Assembly (NCBI GenBank): GCA_038321425.1
Contig: JBBQEY010000001.1
Span: forward strand, 1-52,767
From: Burkholderiales bacterium
Lineage (GTDB): Bacteria; Pseudomonadota; Gammaproteobacteria; Burkholderiales; Casimicrobiaceae
DNA: 52,767 bases
Direction of reading: 5' to 3'
Positions within the stretch are counted from its first letter, which is position 1. Each line of letters opens with the position of its first letter. A program made the position numbers and the translations under genes. The notes below the pieces were generated by a model that did not search any database, was not told the DNA's origin, and worked only from the letters and a program-made list of their open reading frames with translations. Positions 1 through 12,074 of the stretch are shown here, in pieces.

Positions 1-1735
1 GGTGCTCGGCGTCGTCGGGGCGCGCCGCCAACAGGCGTTGCAACTCCTCGCGCCACGCATCCCAGTCCGGTTCCGCCAATAGCATCCGCGCGTCGAGCAG
101 TTCGTCCAGCAGCAATGGATGCCGGGTGAGGTAATCAGTGGCCCACGCGGAGGCGCCCATCAGGTTGGCGAGGCGCGGCAGCAGCGGCGGGTGCTCGATC
201 ACCAACGCGAGGTAGGCGCTGCGGCGCGCGACGGATTCAAGGAGTCGCAACAACCGCTCGAATACGACGGTGGCGCCGGCACGACCCGGATGCGCTGCGG
301 CCACGGCCAGCAACTGCGGCAGCAGCGTGTCGAAGCGCTGGCGTGAGTTGGCAGGGAGTTGCAGGTAGCGGCCGGATGCACGTACGCGCGCGAGCGTCTC
401 GATCACCGCCGCGGGATCCGCGAAGCCGGCCGTCTCCAGCCGGGCAAGCGCGGCCGGTGTGGGCCGCGGGTCGTCCCATAATCCGGCCGATTCGTTGCGC
501 GGGGCGGGGGCCTCATTGCCGCCGTCGCCGAGCGTCTGTGCAAAGGTGATTGCGACCAGTGCGCGATGCCCCGCCAGTGCGGTGTCGAACGCAGCCAGTG
601 AGTCGAAGTTCATCGCCGCGGCGAGCCTCCCGCGTTCCTCCGCATCGGTGGGCACGCGATGCGTCTGCTGGTCGTCGCGGTATTGCAGCCGGTGTTCGAC
701 CTGCCGCAGGAACACGTAGGCGTCGCGCAGCGCAGCGGCGGCATTGCCGGGCAGATGGCCGCGTTCGGCCAGCAACGCGAGCGCGGGCAGCGTGCCGCGC
801 ACGCGTAGCGACGGTTCGCGCCCGCCGCGCACGATCTGGATCGCCTGCGCGATGAACTCGATCTCGCGGATCCCGCCTTCGCCCAGCTTGATGTTGGACG
901 TGGCGTCGCGGCGTATGCCCTGTTCGCGAATCTGCCGGTGGATGTCGCGCAGACCTTCGTAGGCGTCGTAGTCGAGATACTTCCGGTAGACGAACGGCAC
1001 AACCAGTTGGTCGAGATCGTCGTGCTGGTCGCCGGTGATCGCGCGCGCCTTGAGCCACGCGTAGCGCTCCCACGCGCGGCCCTGCGTGATGAGATAGGTC
1101 TCGAGGCCGGTCAGCGAGGTGGCGAGCGGCCCGCTGTCGCCATAGGGCCGCAGCCGCATGTCGACGCGGAAGACGTAGCCGTCTGCTGTGGCGTCGTTCA
1201 ACGCGCCGATGACGCGCCGGCCCAGTCGCTCGAACCAGTCGCGGTGTGACAGCGGGCGCGCGCCCGTGGTATCGCCGTCCTCCGGATAGACGAAGACGAG
1301 GTCGATGTCGGACGATACGTTGAGCTCGCCACCGCCCAGCTTGCCCATCCCCACCGTGATCAGTGTTTGCAGTCGCCCGCTATCGGAATCGAGTGGCGCC
1401 CCGTGCGCCTCGGCGAGTGCCGTCGCATGCAGGGCCACCGCGGCCCGTAGCGTCTCGTCGGCCAGCCGGCTCATCGTGGCGCCCACTTCGGCCAGCGGCG
1501 CGAGCCCGGCGAGATCGCGCGCCATCGTGTGCAGGAACACCCGGCGGCGAAGGTGCCGCAACGCGGGGGCCATCGTCTCGGGCAGTGTGATCGCGTCGAT
1601 CCCGGCCAGCGCCGCGGTCCAGGGGAAGGGCGAGGCGACGTGGTCCGCCAGCCAGGGCTGAAGCGCGGGATCGGCGTGCAGCGCCCGCGCGGCATACAGG
1701 CTGAACGCTTGGACTTGGTGGAGGTCGAGGGTCAT
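1..1735 (-). CDS. glnE: Glutamine synthetase adenylyltransferase/adenylyl-removing enzyme (5' part; runs off the window start)
   Basis: Not in the ORF track because it has no stop in the window. Manual translation from ATG 1735 gives MTLDLHQVQAFS...GMGKLGGGELNVSSDIDLVFVY...VFRVDMRLRPYGDSGPL...QGRAWERYAWLKAR, the GlnE nucleotidyltransferase motifs. Divergent from yhdP. Confidence 0.95.
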   Translation of the reverse strand, partial: MTLDLHQVQAFSLYAARALHADPALQPWLADHVASPFPWTAALAGIDAITLPETMAPALRHLRRRVFLHTMARDLAGLAPLAEVGATMSRLADETLRAAVALHATALAEAHGAPLDSDSGRLQTLITVGMGKLGGGELNVSSDIDLVFVYPEDGDTTGARPLSHRDWFERLGRRVIGALNDATADGYVFRVDMRLRPYGDSGPLATSLTGLETYLITQGRAWERYAWLKARAITGDQHDDLDQLVVPFVYRKYLDYDAYEGLRDIHRQIREQGIRRDATSNIKLGEGGIREIEFIAQAIQIVRGGREPSLRVRGTLPALALLAERGHLPGNAAAALRDAYVFLRQVEHRLQYRDDQQTHRVPTDAEERGRLAAAMNFDSLAAFDTALAGHRALVAITFAQTLGDGGNEAPAPRNESAGLWDDPRPTPAALARLETAGFADPAAVIETLARVRASGRYLQLPANSRQRFDTLLPQLLAVAAAHPGRAGATVVFERLLRLLESVARRSAYLALVIEHPPLLPRLANLMGASAWATDYLTRHPLLLDELLDARMLLAEPDWDAWREELQRLLAARPDDAEH

Positions 1736-1859
1736 GGGTGGCGGGATCACCCCCAATCGCGGCCAGGCCGGTTGGCCGGGGCAGGGGCACCGATCGGCTA
1801 CAATCCGCCGGTCGGACCACTCATTATGCCTTCACGCGCGGTCGCGCCCCATCAACGCC

Positions 1860-4800
1860 TTGGTCCCTTCGCGCGCCCTCCGTCTCCTGCGCTTTACCGG
1901 CACCGCGATCATCGCGGCGGTGATCGTGATTTGCGCGTTGCTGCTAATCCTGCGCTTCGCGGTGTTCCCCAGCATCGGCGACTACCGCGAGCGCATCGCC
2001 GCGCGGATTGGCGCCAACCTGGGCCAGCCGGTGACCATCGGCGCGATCTCTGCCGATTGGGATGGCTGGAATCCGCGGCTGGCGATATCCAACTTCGCCA
2101 TCCATGATGCCGGCGCCGCCAACGCCGCGCCCGCGTTGCTGCTGCCGCGCGTGGATGTCGTGGTGGCGTGGACTTCGATACCGCTGCTCGACCTGCGGCT
2201 GAAGGAGCTCTCGGTAGAGCGGCCGCAACTGGCCATCCGCCGCGACCTGACGGGTAAGATCTTCGTCGCCGGGCTGGAAGCGGACATCACCGCGGCCGGC
2301 AGCGATTCGCCGATCTCGCGCTGGATGCTGCAGCAACGCCAGATCATCGTGCGCGATGCCGGTGTCACCTGGCATGACGAGATGCGCGTCGCCCCACCGC
2401 TGGCGCTCGATCATGTGACGCTGCGGGTGGAGCAGCGCTTCGGCAGGCACGAGTTCGGCCTGGTCGCGCAGCCGCCGCCGGAGCTGTCGTCAGCCGTGGA
2501 TGTGCGCGGCGAATTCACGGCCACGTCGCTGCACGACTGGAAGGCGATCAGCGGCCGGCTGTTTGTGCGCGTGGACTACGTCGACTTGGCACCGTGGCGA
2601 TCGTGGATCGAGCAACTGCATACGGTGGAGACCGGCAAGGGCGCGCTGCGCCTCTGGTTCGATTTCGCGGAAGGCCGCGCGACCGATGCGATCGCCGATG
2701 TGGAACTGTCCGACGTGCGCATGCGGCTCGCGCGCGAGCTGCCGCAACTCGATCTCGCCGCGCTCGAAGGGCGGTTGCTGTGGAAGCGCGCGCCGGGTTC
2801 GCGCGAGCTCGGCGCGCGCGGTCTGACCTTTCGCACGCGCGCCGGGCAGGCGCTAGCCCCGGCCAATCTCACGCTGGCCCTCGCCGACGGACCGGACGGC
2901 AAGATCACCGGTGGCCGGTTGAGCCTCGACCGTTTGGAAGTGGCCCCGCTGGCGGCGCTGGCGGCGCACCTGCCGTTGCCCGCGGATTGGCGCCGCGATC
3001 TCGCCGTGCTGGCGCTGCGCGGCGGCGTGTCGGATGCCAAGTTCGCATGGCAGGGTCCGCCGGACGAGCCGCGCGACTTCTCGGGCAGCGGCGCGTTCTC
3101 GCAGTTCGGCATCGCCGCCAGCGCTACCGCGCCAGGCGCCTCCGGCGTTTCCGGCAGCTTCACCTTCGACCAGGCCGGCGGCGACCTGAAGCTCGACAGC
3201 CGCGGCATGCGCGTGGTGTTGCCACGCGTCTTTGCGGAACCGCTGCAGTTCGATACGGCCACCGGGCGCGTGCGCTGGGCGCGCGAGGACAACGCGTGGC
3301 GCTATGCTTTCGACGATGTCCGCTTTGCGACGCCGCATACGTCCGGCACGGCCTCGGGCGCATGGCGATCGCAGGGCCAGGGCCCCGGCATCCTCGACCT
3401 CAAGGCCACACTGACGCGCGCGGAGGCACAGCATCTATATCGCTATTTGCCGCTGACCCTCGACACTACGTTGCGCGATTGGCTGCGGCTTGGCGTCAAG
3501 GCGGGCACCGCTACCGAGGTGAAGCTCGCGCTCGCCGGCGACTTGAGCCGGTTTCCGTTCGCCAACGCCAAGATCGGAACGTTGCTGGCGAGCTTCAAGG
3601 TGTCCGATGCCACGCTCGACTACGCCGAAGGTTGGCCGGAGATGTCCGGCATCGAAGCCGTCGTCCGTTTCGACGGTGCGGGACTGTTCGTCGACGGGTA
3701 CCGCGGCCGTGTGTTCGGCGCGACGATCGGTCCGTTAAAGGTGTCCATTCCCGATCTCGGCACGGAATTTCCGCAATTGATGCTGAACGTCGAGGCCGCC
3801 GGCCCCACGCAGGAGTTCCTGCGCTACATGGAAAAGAGTCCGGTAGGAGAATGGACCGGTCACGTGGCCGCCGGCGCGCAGGCCACCGGCGACGGGCATC
3901 TGGCTTTGCGTTTTGAAACGCCGCTGGGCCGGGAGGGCGGCAATGTCGTCGCGGGCGAGTACACGTTCAAGGGCAACGCGATGACCCTGGTGGACGTGCC
4001 GCCGCTGACCGACCTGAATGGCGCGATCACGTTCACCGAGCAAGCGATGCGATCGCGCGAGCTCGAGGCCATCACCTTCGGCGGGCCGGCGCGCATCGGG
4101 CTTGAAAGTGACGAGACGGGCGTGCGCGTCAATGCCGACGGCACCGCCACGCTGGCTGCACTGCAGGCCGAGTTCCCATTGCCGCTGGCGCACCGGATCA
4201 CCGGCGCCGCAGACTGGACGCTGCAGTCGGCGTCGAAAAACAACGTGACGACGTGGACGATCGAGTCCACATTGCGCGGCGCGGCCATCGACTTGCCGGC
4301 GCCGGTCGGCAAGGCGGCCGCGGTGCCGGCGGCGCTGCGGATCGAACGCCGCCCGGTGGCCGGGAAGAAGGACGCCGACACGATGACGATCGACTACCGC
4401 GGCGAATTGCGCGTGCTGATGCAGCGCACACTGAAGGGCGATGTCGCGACCGTCGATCGTGCGCTGGTGCTGCTGGGGCGAGCAGTTGCCGCCGGCGGCC
4501 GCGCGGATCGCGATGGCATCTGGGTGCGCGGACAGTTGGCCGAACTCGATCTCGACGAATGGCTGGCGCTGTACGGCCGCGAGAAGCCGCGCTATCTCGC
4601 GACCCCCGCCGGCGCCACGGCTGCCTCGGTGCCGTTATTGCGCGGCGTCGACATCGAAGCCGCGCGCATCGACATCTTCGGCAGGGCGTTGCACGACCTC
4701 AACGTGTCGGCGTTGCGCGGCGTCGGCGAGGATTGGCGTTTGCGCCTGAAGGGCCGTGAACTGGACGGCACCGCCGTGTGGAGCGCGCCGGTTCCAGCGG

Positions 4801-5774
4801 CACCCAATGGCAAGCTGACCGCGAGGCTCACGCGCATGGTGCCGCCGGGACCCGACGAGTTGCATCCGGTGCGAAGCGAGGTGCCCGCGGACGAGCAGGC
4901 CCGCAACACGTGGCCGCAACTCGACATCGTGGCGGAGGCCTTCGTCAAGCGCGGCCACGACCTCGGCCGCTTCGAGCTGCAGGCGCAGCCGACGGGGCCG
5001 GATTGGCGCATCGTGACGATGGCGATCGCCAACCCGGCGGGCCGCATCGACACGAACGGCTGGTGGCGGATCGGCCGTGACAAGCAGACGACCGAGATGG
5101 ATGTGCGGCTGTCGGCGGAAGACGCCGGACTGTTCCTCGAGCGCATGGGCTATCCGGTGGCGGTGCGCAATGCGCCGACCACCATCAGCGGCAAGCTCGC
5201 GTGGACCGGTGCCCCCAACGACTTTGACTATCCGAGCCTGACGGGCAACTTCACGCTGGTGGCGGGGGCGGGCCAGTTCACGAAGATCGATCCGGGCATC
5301 GGCAAGTTGCTGGGCGTGCTGTCGCTGCAGGCGCTGCCGCGGCGGATCACGCTCGACTTCCGAGATGTGTTCAGCGAAGGCTTCGCGTTCGATGACATTA
5401 CCGGCGATTTCATGGTGCAGCGCGGGTTGATGCATACCGACAATCTGCGGCTCGCCGGTCCCGCGGCGTCGGTGAAAATTACCGGCGACATCGACCTCGC
5501 ACGCGAAACGCAGAACCTCAATGTGCGGGTGCTGCCGTCACTGGCCACCAGCGTGTCGGCCGGCGCGGCAGTGCTGTTCATCGCCAATCCGCTGCTGGGG
5601 GCCGTCGTGGGTGCCGGGACCTTCCTCGCGCAGAAGATGTTCGACAATCCGATCGAGCGCATGTTCAGCTACGACTATCACGTCACCGGCGCGTGGAGCG
5701 ACCCGGTCGTGGAACGCGCCGGCAGCCGCGAAGTGCCGCCGCTGCCCAGCGCTGCCGAAACCACGCCCCGCTGA
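1860..5774 (+). CDS. yhdP: YhdP/AsmA-like phospholipid bridge protein (TIGR02099 type)
   Basis: ~1300 aa with an N-terminal TM segment and C-terminal LLGVLSLQALPRRITLDFRDVFSEGFAFD...YHVTGAWSDP. Start uncertain: the ORF opens at 1734; TTG 1860 chosen because it lies downstream of TACAAT at 1799-1804. Confidence 0.9.
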   Translation: MVPSRALRLLRFTGTAIIAAVIVICALLLILRFAVFPSIGDYRERIAARIGANLGQPVTIGAISADWDGWNPRLAISNFAIHDAGAANAAPALLLPRVDVVVAWTSIPLLDLRLKELSVERPQLAIRRDLTGKIFVAGLEADITAAGSDSPISRWMLQQRQIIVRDAGVTWHDEMRVAPPLALDHVTLRVEQRFGRHEFGLVAQPPPELSSAVDVRGEFTATSLHDWKAISGRLFVRVDYVDLAPWRSWIEQLHTVETGKGALRLWFDFAEGRATDAIADVELSDVRMRLARELPQLDLAALEGRLLWKRAPGSRELGARGLTFRTRAGQALAPANLTLALADGPDGKITGGRLSLDRLEVAPLAALAAHLPLPADWRRDLAVLALRGGVSDAKFAWQGPPDEPRDFSGSGAFSQFGIAASATAPGASGVSGSFTFDQAGGDLKLDSRGMRVVLPRVFAEPLQFDTATGRVRWAREDNAWRYAFDDVRFATPHTSGTASGAWRSQGQGPGILDLKATLTRAEAQHLYRYLPLTLDTTLRDWLRLGVKAGTATEVKLALAGDLSRFPFANAKIGTLLASFKVSDATLDYAEGWPEMSGIEAVVRFDGAGLFVDGYRGRVFGATIGPLKVSIPDLGTEFPQLMLNVEAAGPTQEFLRYMEKSPVGEWTGHVAAGAQATGDGHLALRFETPLGREGGNVVAGEYTFKGNAMTLVDVPPLTDLNGAITFTEQAMRSRELEAITFGGPARIGLESDETGVRVNADGTATLAALQAEFPLPLAHRITGAADWTLQSASKNNVTTWTIESTLRGAAIDLPAPVGKAAAVPAALRIERRPVAGKKDADTMTIDYRGELRVLMQRTLKGDVATVDRALVLLGRAVAAGGRADRDGIWVRGQLAELDLDEWLALYGREKPRYLATPAGATAASVPLLRGVDIEAARIDIFGRALHDLNVSALRGVGEDWRLRLKGRELDGTAVWSAPVPAAPNGKLTARLTRMVPPGPDELHPVRSEVPADEQARNTWPQLDIVAEAFVKRGHDLGRFELQAQPTGPDWRIVTMAIANPAGRIDTNGWWRIGRDKQTTEMDVRLSAEDAGLFLERMGYPVAVRNAPTTISGKLAWTGAPNDFDYPSLTGNFTLVAGAGQFTKIDPGIGKLLGVLSLQALPRRITLDFRDVFSEGFAFDDITGDFMVQRGLMHTDNLRLAGPAASVKITGDIDLARETQNLNVRVLPSLATSVSAGAAVLFIANPLLGAVVGAGTFLAQKMFDNPIERMFSYDYHVTGAWSDPVVERAGSREVPPLPSAAETTPR

Positions 5775-5778
5775 CGCG

Positions 5779-6456
5779 TCAGCGACCCTTCAGCAGCACC
5801 AGCACCGCGCCGCCGCCGCCCGCATGCTGCGGGGCTTCGGCGTAGGCGAGCACGTCGTCCCAATGCGCCAGCCAGCGGCGCACTTTGCTCTTCAACACCG
5901 GTTCCTTGCCCGGCGAGGTCAAGCCTTTGCCGTGGATCACGCGCACGCAGCGTAAGCCGTGCGTGCGCGCCTCGAAGACGAAGTCTGCCAGCGCATCGTG
6001 CGCGGCATCGGAGGTGAAGCCATGCAGGTCAAGTTCGGACTGCACCGTCCAGAAGCCACGCCGCAACTTGCCCGCGACATCGATGCCGATGCCTTCGCGC
6101 ACGTACGTCTGCTGGTGCTCGAATTCCTGGCCGATGTCCCACGATTGCGGGGCCGGATCGTTGCCGTATTTGGAGGCCTGCAACACGTCACGCTCGTCGG
6201 CGAGAGTATGGCGCGCGATGGGCGCGGGGCGAACCCGCGTCTGCGGCGCGCGATTGACCGGCGGCAGGGGCTTCACGTCGGCGAAGGCGCGCTGCAGATC
6301 CACGTCGCCGTCGGCATGCTTGGCCGAGCCCAGCGCACGCTTGACGCTATGGCGCGTTTCCGCAGTGCGGACCGCGGGCGGTGCCGGTGGTGTGGCCGGT
6401 GGCGTCGCCGCCTTCGCGGCGTCGACCAGCTTTTTCAGGTCGCTGAGCTTGGGCAT
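5779..6456 (-). CDS. Smr/MutS2 C-terminal domain protein
   Basis: ELDLHG...CVRVIHGKG...GGGGAVLVLL Smr motifs; ATG 6456 (MPKLSDLKK) lies just downstream of trxB. Confidence 0.9.
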   Translation of the reverse strand: MPKLSDLKKLVDAAKAATPPATPPAPPAVRTAETRHSVKRALGSAKHADGDVDLQRAFADVKPLPPVNRAPQTRVRPAPIARHTLADERDVLQASKYGNDPAPQSWDIGQEFEHQQTYVREGIGIDVAGKLRRGFWTVQSELDLHGFTSDAAHDALADFVFEARTHGLRCVRVIHGKGLTSPGKEPVLKSKVRRWLAHWDDVLAYAEAPQHAGGGGAVLVLLKGR

Positions 6457-6490
6457 GGCGCGCCCGGTGTCGCGGGGTGATCGCGACAGG

Positions 6491-7585
<1,095 letters not shown>

Positions 7586-7606
7586 TCAAGACTCTGCGGC
7601 AACCCA

Positions 7607-9916
7607 ATGTTTTTCAAGCGGAACGACTCTAACGTCCGACGGTCCCCCACCGCCGCCGACGGTCTGTCGCCGCGTGTCTCGCGGCTGGTCCGGGAATCGT
7701 GGTGGCTTCTCGTCGTCGTCGCGTTCCTCTACCTCGGCCTGATCCTCGGTTCGTACACGCGCACAGATCCCGGCTGGTCGTTTTCGGGTACCGGCGAACC
7801 GTTGGCCAACCGCGGGGGCGCGATTGGCGCGTGGCTTGCCGACCTGTTGCTCTATCTCTTCGGCCTGTCGGCGTGGTGGTGGGTGGCCGGCGGCGTGGTG
7901 CTGGTGGTCGCCGGCTATCGGCGCGTCGTGAATACCGACCATTCGACGGATCAACCTTTCGCGGTGGGTGCGGTCGGCTTTGCGCTGGTGCTGTTCGGCA
8001 GCGCGTCGCTCGAGGCGCTGCGCCTGTGGAACATGAAAGTGGCGCTGCCGCACGCGCCGGGTGGCGTGCTGGGCGACGCCATCGGCGGCTTCCTGGCGCG
8101 GGCGCTGGGTTTCAACGGCGCGACGCTGCTATTGCTCGCGCTGTTCGCAATCGGCTGCTCGCTCTTCTTCGGCGTCTCGTGGCTGCGCGTGATGGAACGC
8201 ATCGGCGCGGGTGTCGAGATGGCGATCGCGGGGTTCCGCCGGCGGCGCGAAGCGGCCGAGGACCGGCGCCTGGGCGAGGAAGCCACGGCGGTGCGCGAGC
8301 ACCTGGTCGAGCAGCGCCGCGAAGTGGAGCAGGAGCGCGAGCCCGTCGTCGTGGTACCACCCGTGTTGTTGGTACAGAAGTCAGAGCGGGTGGTGAAGGA
8401 AAAGCAGCGGCCGCTCTTCACCGACATGCCCGACACCAGGTTGCCGCCGCTCGACCTGCTGGAGGATGCACCCCCCGCGCAGGAGACGGTCAGCCACGAA
8501 ACGCTGGAATACACGTCGCGGCTCATCGAACGTAAGCTGGCTGACTTTGGGGTGAGCGCCAAGGTGCTGGCCGCCTACCCCGGCCCGGTGATCACGCGGT
8601 ACGAGATCGAACCCGCGGTGGGCGTCAAAGGCGCGCAGATTGTCAACCTGATCAAGGATCTCGCGCGCGCGTTGTCGGTCGTGTCGATACGCGTCGTGGA
8701 AACGATTCCCGGCAAGTCGTGCATGGGGCTCGAGTTGCCCAATCCGCGCCGGCAGGTGGTGAAGCTCACCGAAATCCTGTCGTCCGCCACGTACAACGAC
8801 ACGTCCAGCGCCCTGACGCTGGCGCTCGGCAAGGACATCGCGGGCAAGCCCATCGTGGCCGACCTCTCGAAGATGCCGCATCTGCTGGTCGCAGGCACTA
8901 CGGGCTCAGGCAAATCCGTCGCCGTCAACGCGATGATCCTGTCGCTGCTCTACAAGGCCGAGCCGAAGGACGTACGCCTGATCCTGATCGACCCGAAGAT
9001 GCTCGAACTCTCGATGTACGAAGGCATCCCGCATCTGCTTGCCCCGGTGGTCACCGACATGAAACTCGCTCCCAACGCGCTCAACTGGTGCGTCGGCGAG
9101 ATGGAGCGCCGCTATCGCCTGATGTCGCAGTTCGCCGTGCGCAATCTGGCGGGCTACAACAGCAAGGTGGTCGAGGCCAGGAAAGCGGGCAAGCACTTGA
9201 CCAATCCGTTCTCGTTGACGCCCGATGCGCCGGAGCCGCTCGACGAAATGCCGCTGATCGTCGTCGTGGTCGACGAACTGGCCGACCTGATGATGGTGAC
9301 CGGCAAGAAGATCGAGGAACTGATCGCGCGGATCGCGCAGAAGGCACGCGCGGCCGGCATCCACCTCGTGCTGGCGACGCAACGGCCTTCGGTGGACGTG
9401 ATTACCGGCCTCATCAAGGCCAACATCCCGTCGCGGATCGCGTTCCAGGTGGCGAGCAAGATCGACTCGCGCACGATCCTCGACCAGATGGGCGCGGAAG
9501 CGCTGCTGGGGCAGGGCGACATGCTCTACATGCCGCCGGGCACCGGGTATCCACTGCGCGTGCACGGCGCGTTCGTGTCCGATGGCGAAGTGCATCGCGT
9601 CGTCGAATATTTGAAGCAGCTGGGTGAACCCCAGTACATCGAAGGCCTGCTTGAAGGCGGCGTAGCGGCCGATGGTGAGAACGGGGTCGTGGTGGAGGGT
9701 GGGGACGCCGAGTCCGACCCGATGTACGACCAGGCCGTTGCCTTGATACTGAAAACGCGCCGGCCCTCGATTTCGCTGGTGCAGCGGCACCTGCGCATCG
9801 GCTACAACCGCGCAGCGCGGTTGATCGAGCAGATGGAGAACGCCGGCCTCGTCTCGCCGATGCAGACCAACGGCAACCGCGACGTGCTGGTGCCGGCAGG
9901 CAAGGGCGATACATGA
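7607..9916 (+). CDS. ftsK: DNA translocase FtsK
   Basis: N-terminal 4TM domain, Walker [31 protein letters not shown], gamma domain [19 protein letters not shown]. Confidence 0.98.
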   Translation: MFFKRNDSNVRRSPTAADGLSPRVSRLVRESWWLLVVVAFLYLGLILGSYTRTDPGWSFSGTGEPLANRGGAIGAWLADLLLYLFGLSAWWWVAGGVVLVVAGYRRVVNTDHSTDQPFAVGAVGFALVLFGSASLEALRLWNMKVALPHAPGGVLGDAIGGFLARALGFNGATLLLLALFAIGCSLFFGVSWLRVMERIGAGVEMAIAGFRRRREAAEDRRLGEEATAVREHLVEQRREVEQEREPVVVVPPVLLVQKSERVVKEKQRPLFTDMPDTRLPPLDLLEDAPPAQETVSHETLEYTSRLIERKLADFGVSAKVLAAYPGPVITRYEIEPAVGVKGAQIVNLIKDLARALSVVSIRVVETIPGKSCMGLELPNPRRQVVKLTEILSSATYNDTSSALTLALGKDIAGKPIVADLSKMPHLLVAGTTGSGKSVAVNAMILSLLYKAEPKDVRLILIDPKMLELSMYEGIPHLLAPVVTDMKLAPNALNWCVGEMERRYRLMSQFAVRNLAGYNSKVVEARKAGKHLTNPFSLTPDAPEPLDEMPLIVVVVDELADLMMVTGKKIEELIARIAQKARAAGIHLVLATQRPSVDVITGLIKANIPSRIAFQVASKIDSRTILDQMGAEALLGQGDMLYMPPGTGYPLRVHGAFVSDGEVHRVVEYLKQLGEPQYIEGLLEGGVAADGENGVVVEGGDAESDPMYDQAVALILKTRRPSISLVQRHLRIGYNRAARLIEQMENAGLVSPMQTNGNRDVLVPAGKGDT

Positions 9917-10317
9917 CGGCGCGTGCGCTGGTGCGGGGCGGCGCGAAATTGTTGGGCGCGCTATCGATCGCCGTTATGGCCGTGGCTGAAGCGGGTCCCG
10001 TCGATCTTTATCTCGATGGCCCGCAGCTTTGCCCCCGCAGCCTCCCGGCCACCGCGCCGCGGATCAACGCCGATCAAGCGGCGACGCGGACCCAGCGCAT
10101 GGTGCCCCCCGGTTTCTGCGGGCCCAATGCCTTTGTTTCCGGCTGTACCTTCGATGTCGAGAACGAATACGACTCGTGGCGGGTCTATGTTCATCAGTAC
10201 AAGGATCGCGGAGGCCGCAAGGACCCCGGCGGACTTGAACATACGTATCTCATCCTCGATGCCGTGGGCAATTGCATGGCACATATCCCTGGCACGCCGC
10301 TCGGAGCGAAATATTGA
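9913..10317 (+). CDS. Hypothetical exported protein (134 aa, 4 Cys)
   Basis: ATGA overlap with the ftsK stop; signal-peptide-like N-terminus; ends 8 nt before lolA; natural-looking composition. Confidence 0.75.
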   Translation: MTARALVRGGAKLLGALSIAVMAVAEAGPVDLYLDGPQLCPRSLPATAPRINADQAATRTQRMVPPGFCGPNAFVSGCTFDVENEYDSWRVYVHQYKDRGGRKDPGGLEHTYLILDAVGNCMAHIPGTPLGAKY

Positions 10318-10325
10318 ATCAGGTC

Positions 10326-10934
10326 ATGAAGTTTGTGGTGCTGGCGTTGGCGTTGATGGTCGGTGCTGCCGACGCGGCATCGATCGAACGGCTGCGGCAA
10401 TTCGTCCGTGACACGCAGACCGCGCGCACGCCGTTCACGCAAACGGTCACCGACAAGAACGGCCGCCTCGTGCAGACTGTCAGCGGCCAGTTCGATCTGG
10501 CGCGACCGGGCCGCTTTCGCTGGAGCGTGGAAAAGCCCTACAAGCAGTTGCTGGTGGGCGATGGCGCGAAGGTCTGGGTGTTCGACCCCGACTTGAATCA
10601 GGTCATCGTGCGTAGTATCGGCGATGCGCTTGGCGCGTCGCCTGCCGCTTTGCTGGCCGGCAAGGCCGATGTCGAGTCGGCGTTCAGCTGGCAAGATCAG
10701 CCGCTGGCCGACGGTCTCGATTGGCTGTCGGCCACGCCGTTGGCCAAGGAATCGACGTTCTCCGAAATCCGCCTGGGTTTCGATACGAAAGGCCTGGTTG
10801 CGCTCGAACTCTTCGACGCCTTCGGCCAGAAGAGTGTGGTCCGGTTCACCGCCTTCGAACGCAACCCGAAGTTGGCGCCCGAGTTGTTTCGCTTCACGCC
10901 GCCGCCGGGCGCCGATGTCGTGGGGGAGAAGTAA
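10326..10934 (+). CDS. lolA: Outer-membrane lipoprotein chaperone LolA
   Basis: Signal peptide, FTQTV, RPGRFRW, LLVGDGAKVWVFDPDLNQV, FRFTPPPGADV; ftsK-lolA-rarA-serS synteny. Confidence 0.96.
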   Translation: MKFVVLALALMVGAADAASIERLRQFVRDTQTARTPFTQTVTDKNGRLVQTVSGQFDLARPGRFRWSVEKPYKQLLVGDGAKVWVFDPDLNQVIVRSIGDALGASPAALLAGKADVESAFSWQDQPLADGLDWLSATPLAKESTFSEIRLGFDTKGLVALELFDAFGQKSVVRFTAFERNPKLAPELFRFTPPPGADVVGEK

Positions 10935-10997
10935 CGCGCTTTGCTGAGCGTCGTCATGCGTAGGTCGACGCGCCCGGCCCCGAGCGGGAGAAAGCCG

Positions 10998-11978
10998 CTA
11001 TGGCAGTCGAGGCGGCAACGCCATGCCGCGCTGTTCCATCGCGCGGCGCAAGCGATCCGGGTAGTCGGTAATGATGCCGTCCACCCCCATGTCGATGAGC
11101 CGCCCCATCTCGACCGGATCGTTGACTGTCCAGGGCACGATCTTCAGACCCAGTACGCGGGCCTCGGCAAACTCCACCGGCGTCAGGTTGCGCCAGAACA
11201 TGCTCCAGGTGCCGCAGCCCGCGGCCTTCACCAGGCGCGGCACCGAGTTGCCATACTGGCGAAGGTCGAGGCCGCCGTGCCACGGCGATGGCGTGGCGGC
11301 GCTGCGCAGTACCGTATCGAAGTTGGGCGACTCGATCGTCAGGCACGCCGTCGCGACCTCGGGTGCCAGCTTCTTCATTTCCAGCAGCGTGCGCCAATCG
11401 AACGACTGCACGGTGGTGCGTTCGGTCATACCCGCCGCGCGTATCGCGGCCAGAGTCAGGCGCGCAAACGTGGCAGGGTCCACCGTGTCGTTGCCACCGT
11501 CCGGCGCGATCTTCGTCTCGATATTGAAGCGCACGGATGTCCGCGGCGCCGCCCCCAGCGCCAACACTTGGGCGAGCGTCGGGACGCGTTGCGCGTCGGC
11601 CGGCACCTGCTCCGGGAACTGCGCCGCGTACTTGCTGGACGGATTCGTGCGTCCGAGCTCGTAGGCTTGCAGCATCGCCAGGGACAGCGAGTGAATGGCC
11701 GGGCCTTTGCCGCTCAGCCATTCGCCGCGCGCATTGCGCGTCAAGTCGGCATTGAGGTGTGGATCGTGCGAGATCACCACGACGCCGTCGCGGGTGACCG
11801 CAAGATCGGTTTCCAGCGTCGTGACGCCGATGGTCAACGCGTGGTTGAATCCTGTCAGCGTGTTCTCAGGCGCCAGGCCGCGCGCGCCGCGGTGGCCCTG
11901 CAAGTCGAATTCCGTGGCAATGGCAGGCTGCAGCGCGAGAAACGCGCAGAGCCCGGCCCATCGAAGCTGCGGTGCCAT
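10998..11978 (-). CDS. Secreted glycerophosphodiester phosphodiesterase
   Basis: FDLQGHRGARGLAPENTL, LETDL, SHD, NIETK, QSFDW, WTVN, GIITDYP; signal peptide. Confidence 0.93.
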   Translation of the reverse strand: MAPQLRWAGLCAFLALQPAIATEFDLQGHRGARGLAPENTLTGFNHALTIGVTTLETDLAVTRDGVVVISHDPHLNADLTRNARGEWLSGKGPAIHSLSLAMLQAYELGRTNPSSKYAAQFPEQVPADAQRVPTLAQVLALGAAPRTSVRFNIETKIAPDGGNDTVDPATFARLTLAAIRAAGMTERTTVQSFDWRTLLEMKKLAPEVATACLTIESPNFDTVLRSAATPSPWHGGLDLRQYGNSVPRLVKAAGCGTWSMFWRNLTPVEFAEARVLGLKIVPWTVNDPVEMGRLIDMGVDGIITDYPDRLRRAMEQRGMALPPRLP

Positions 11979-12074
11979 GTTCACACTTCTCGTCGATGAT
12001 GGTGTTGCGTCACTCTACGCGCCGGCATCTTGCGCGACAATGACAGTCTCGATGCCTCAACCCTACACTGCCTC

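Noticed and set aside
10314-10606. 14-bp direct repeat TTGAATCAGGTCAT at the lolA start and inside lolA
   Set aside because: The second copy encodes the conserved LNQV motif and the pair does not flank an insertion; likely chance.
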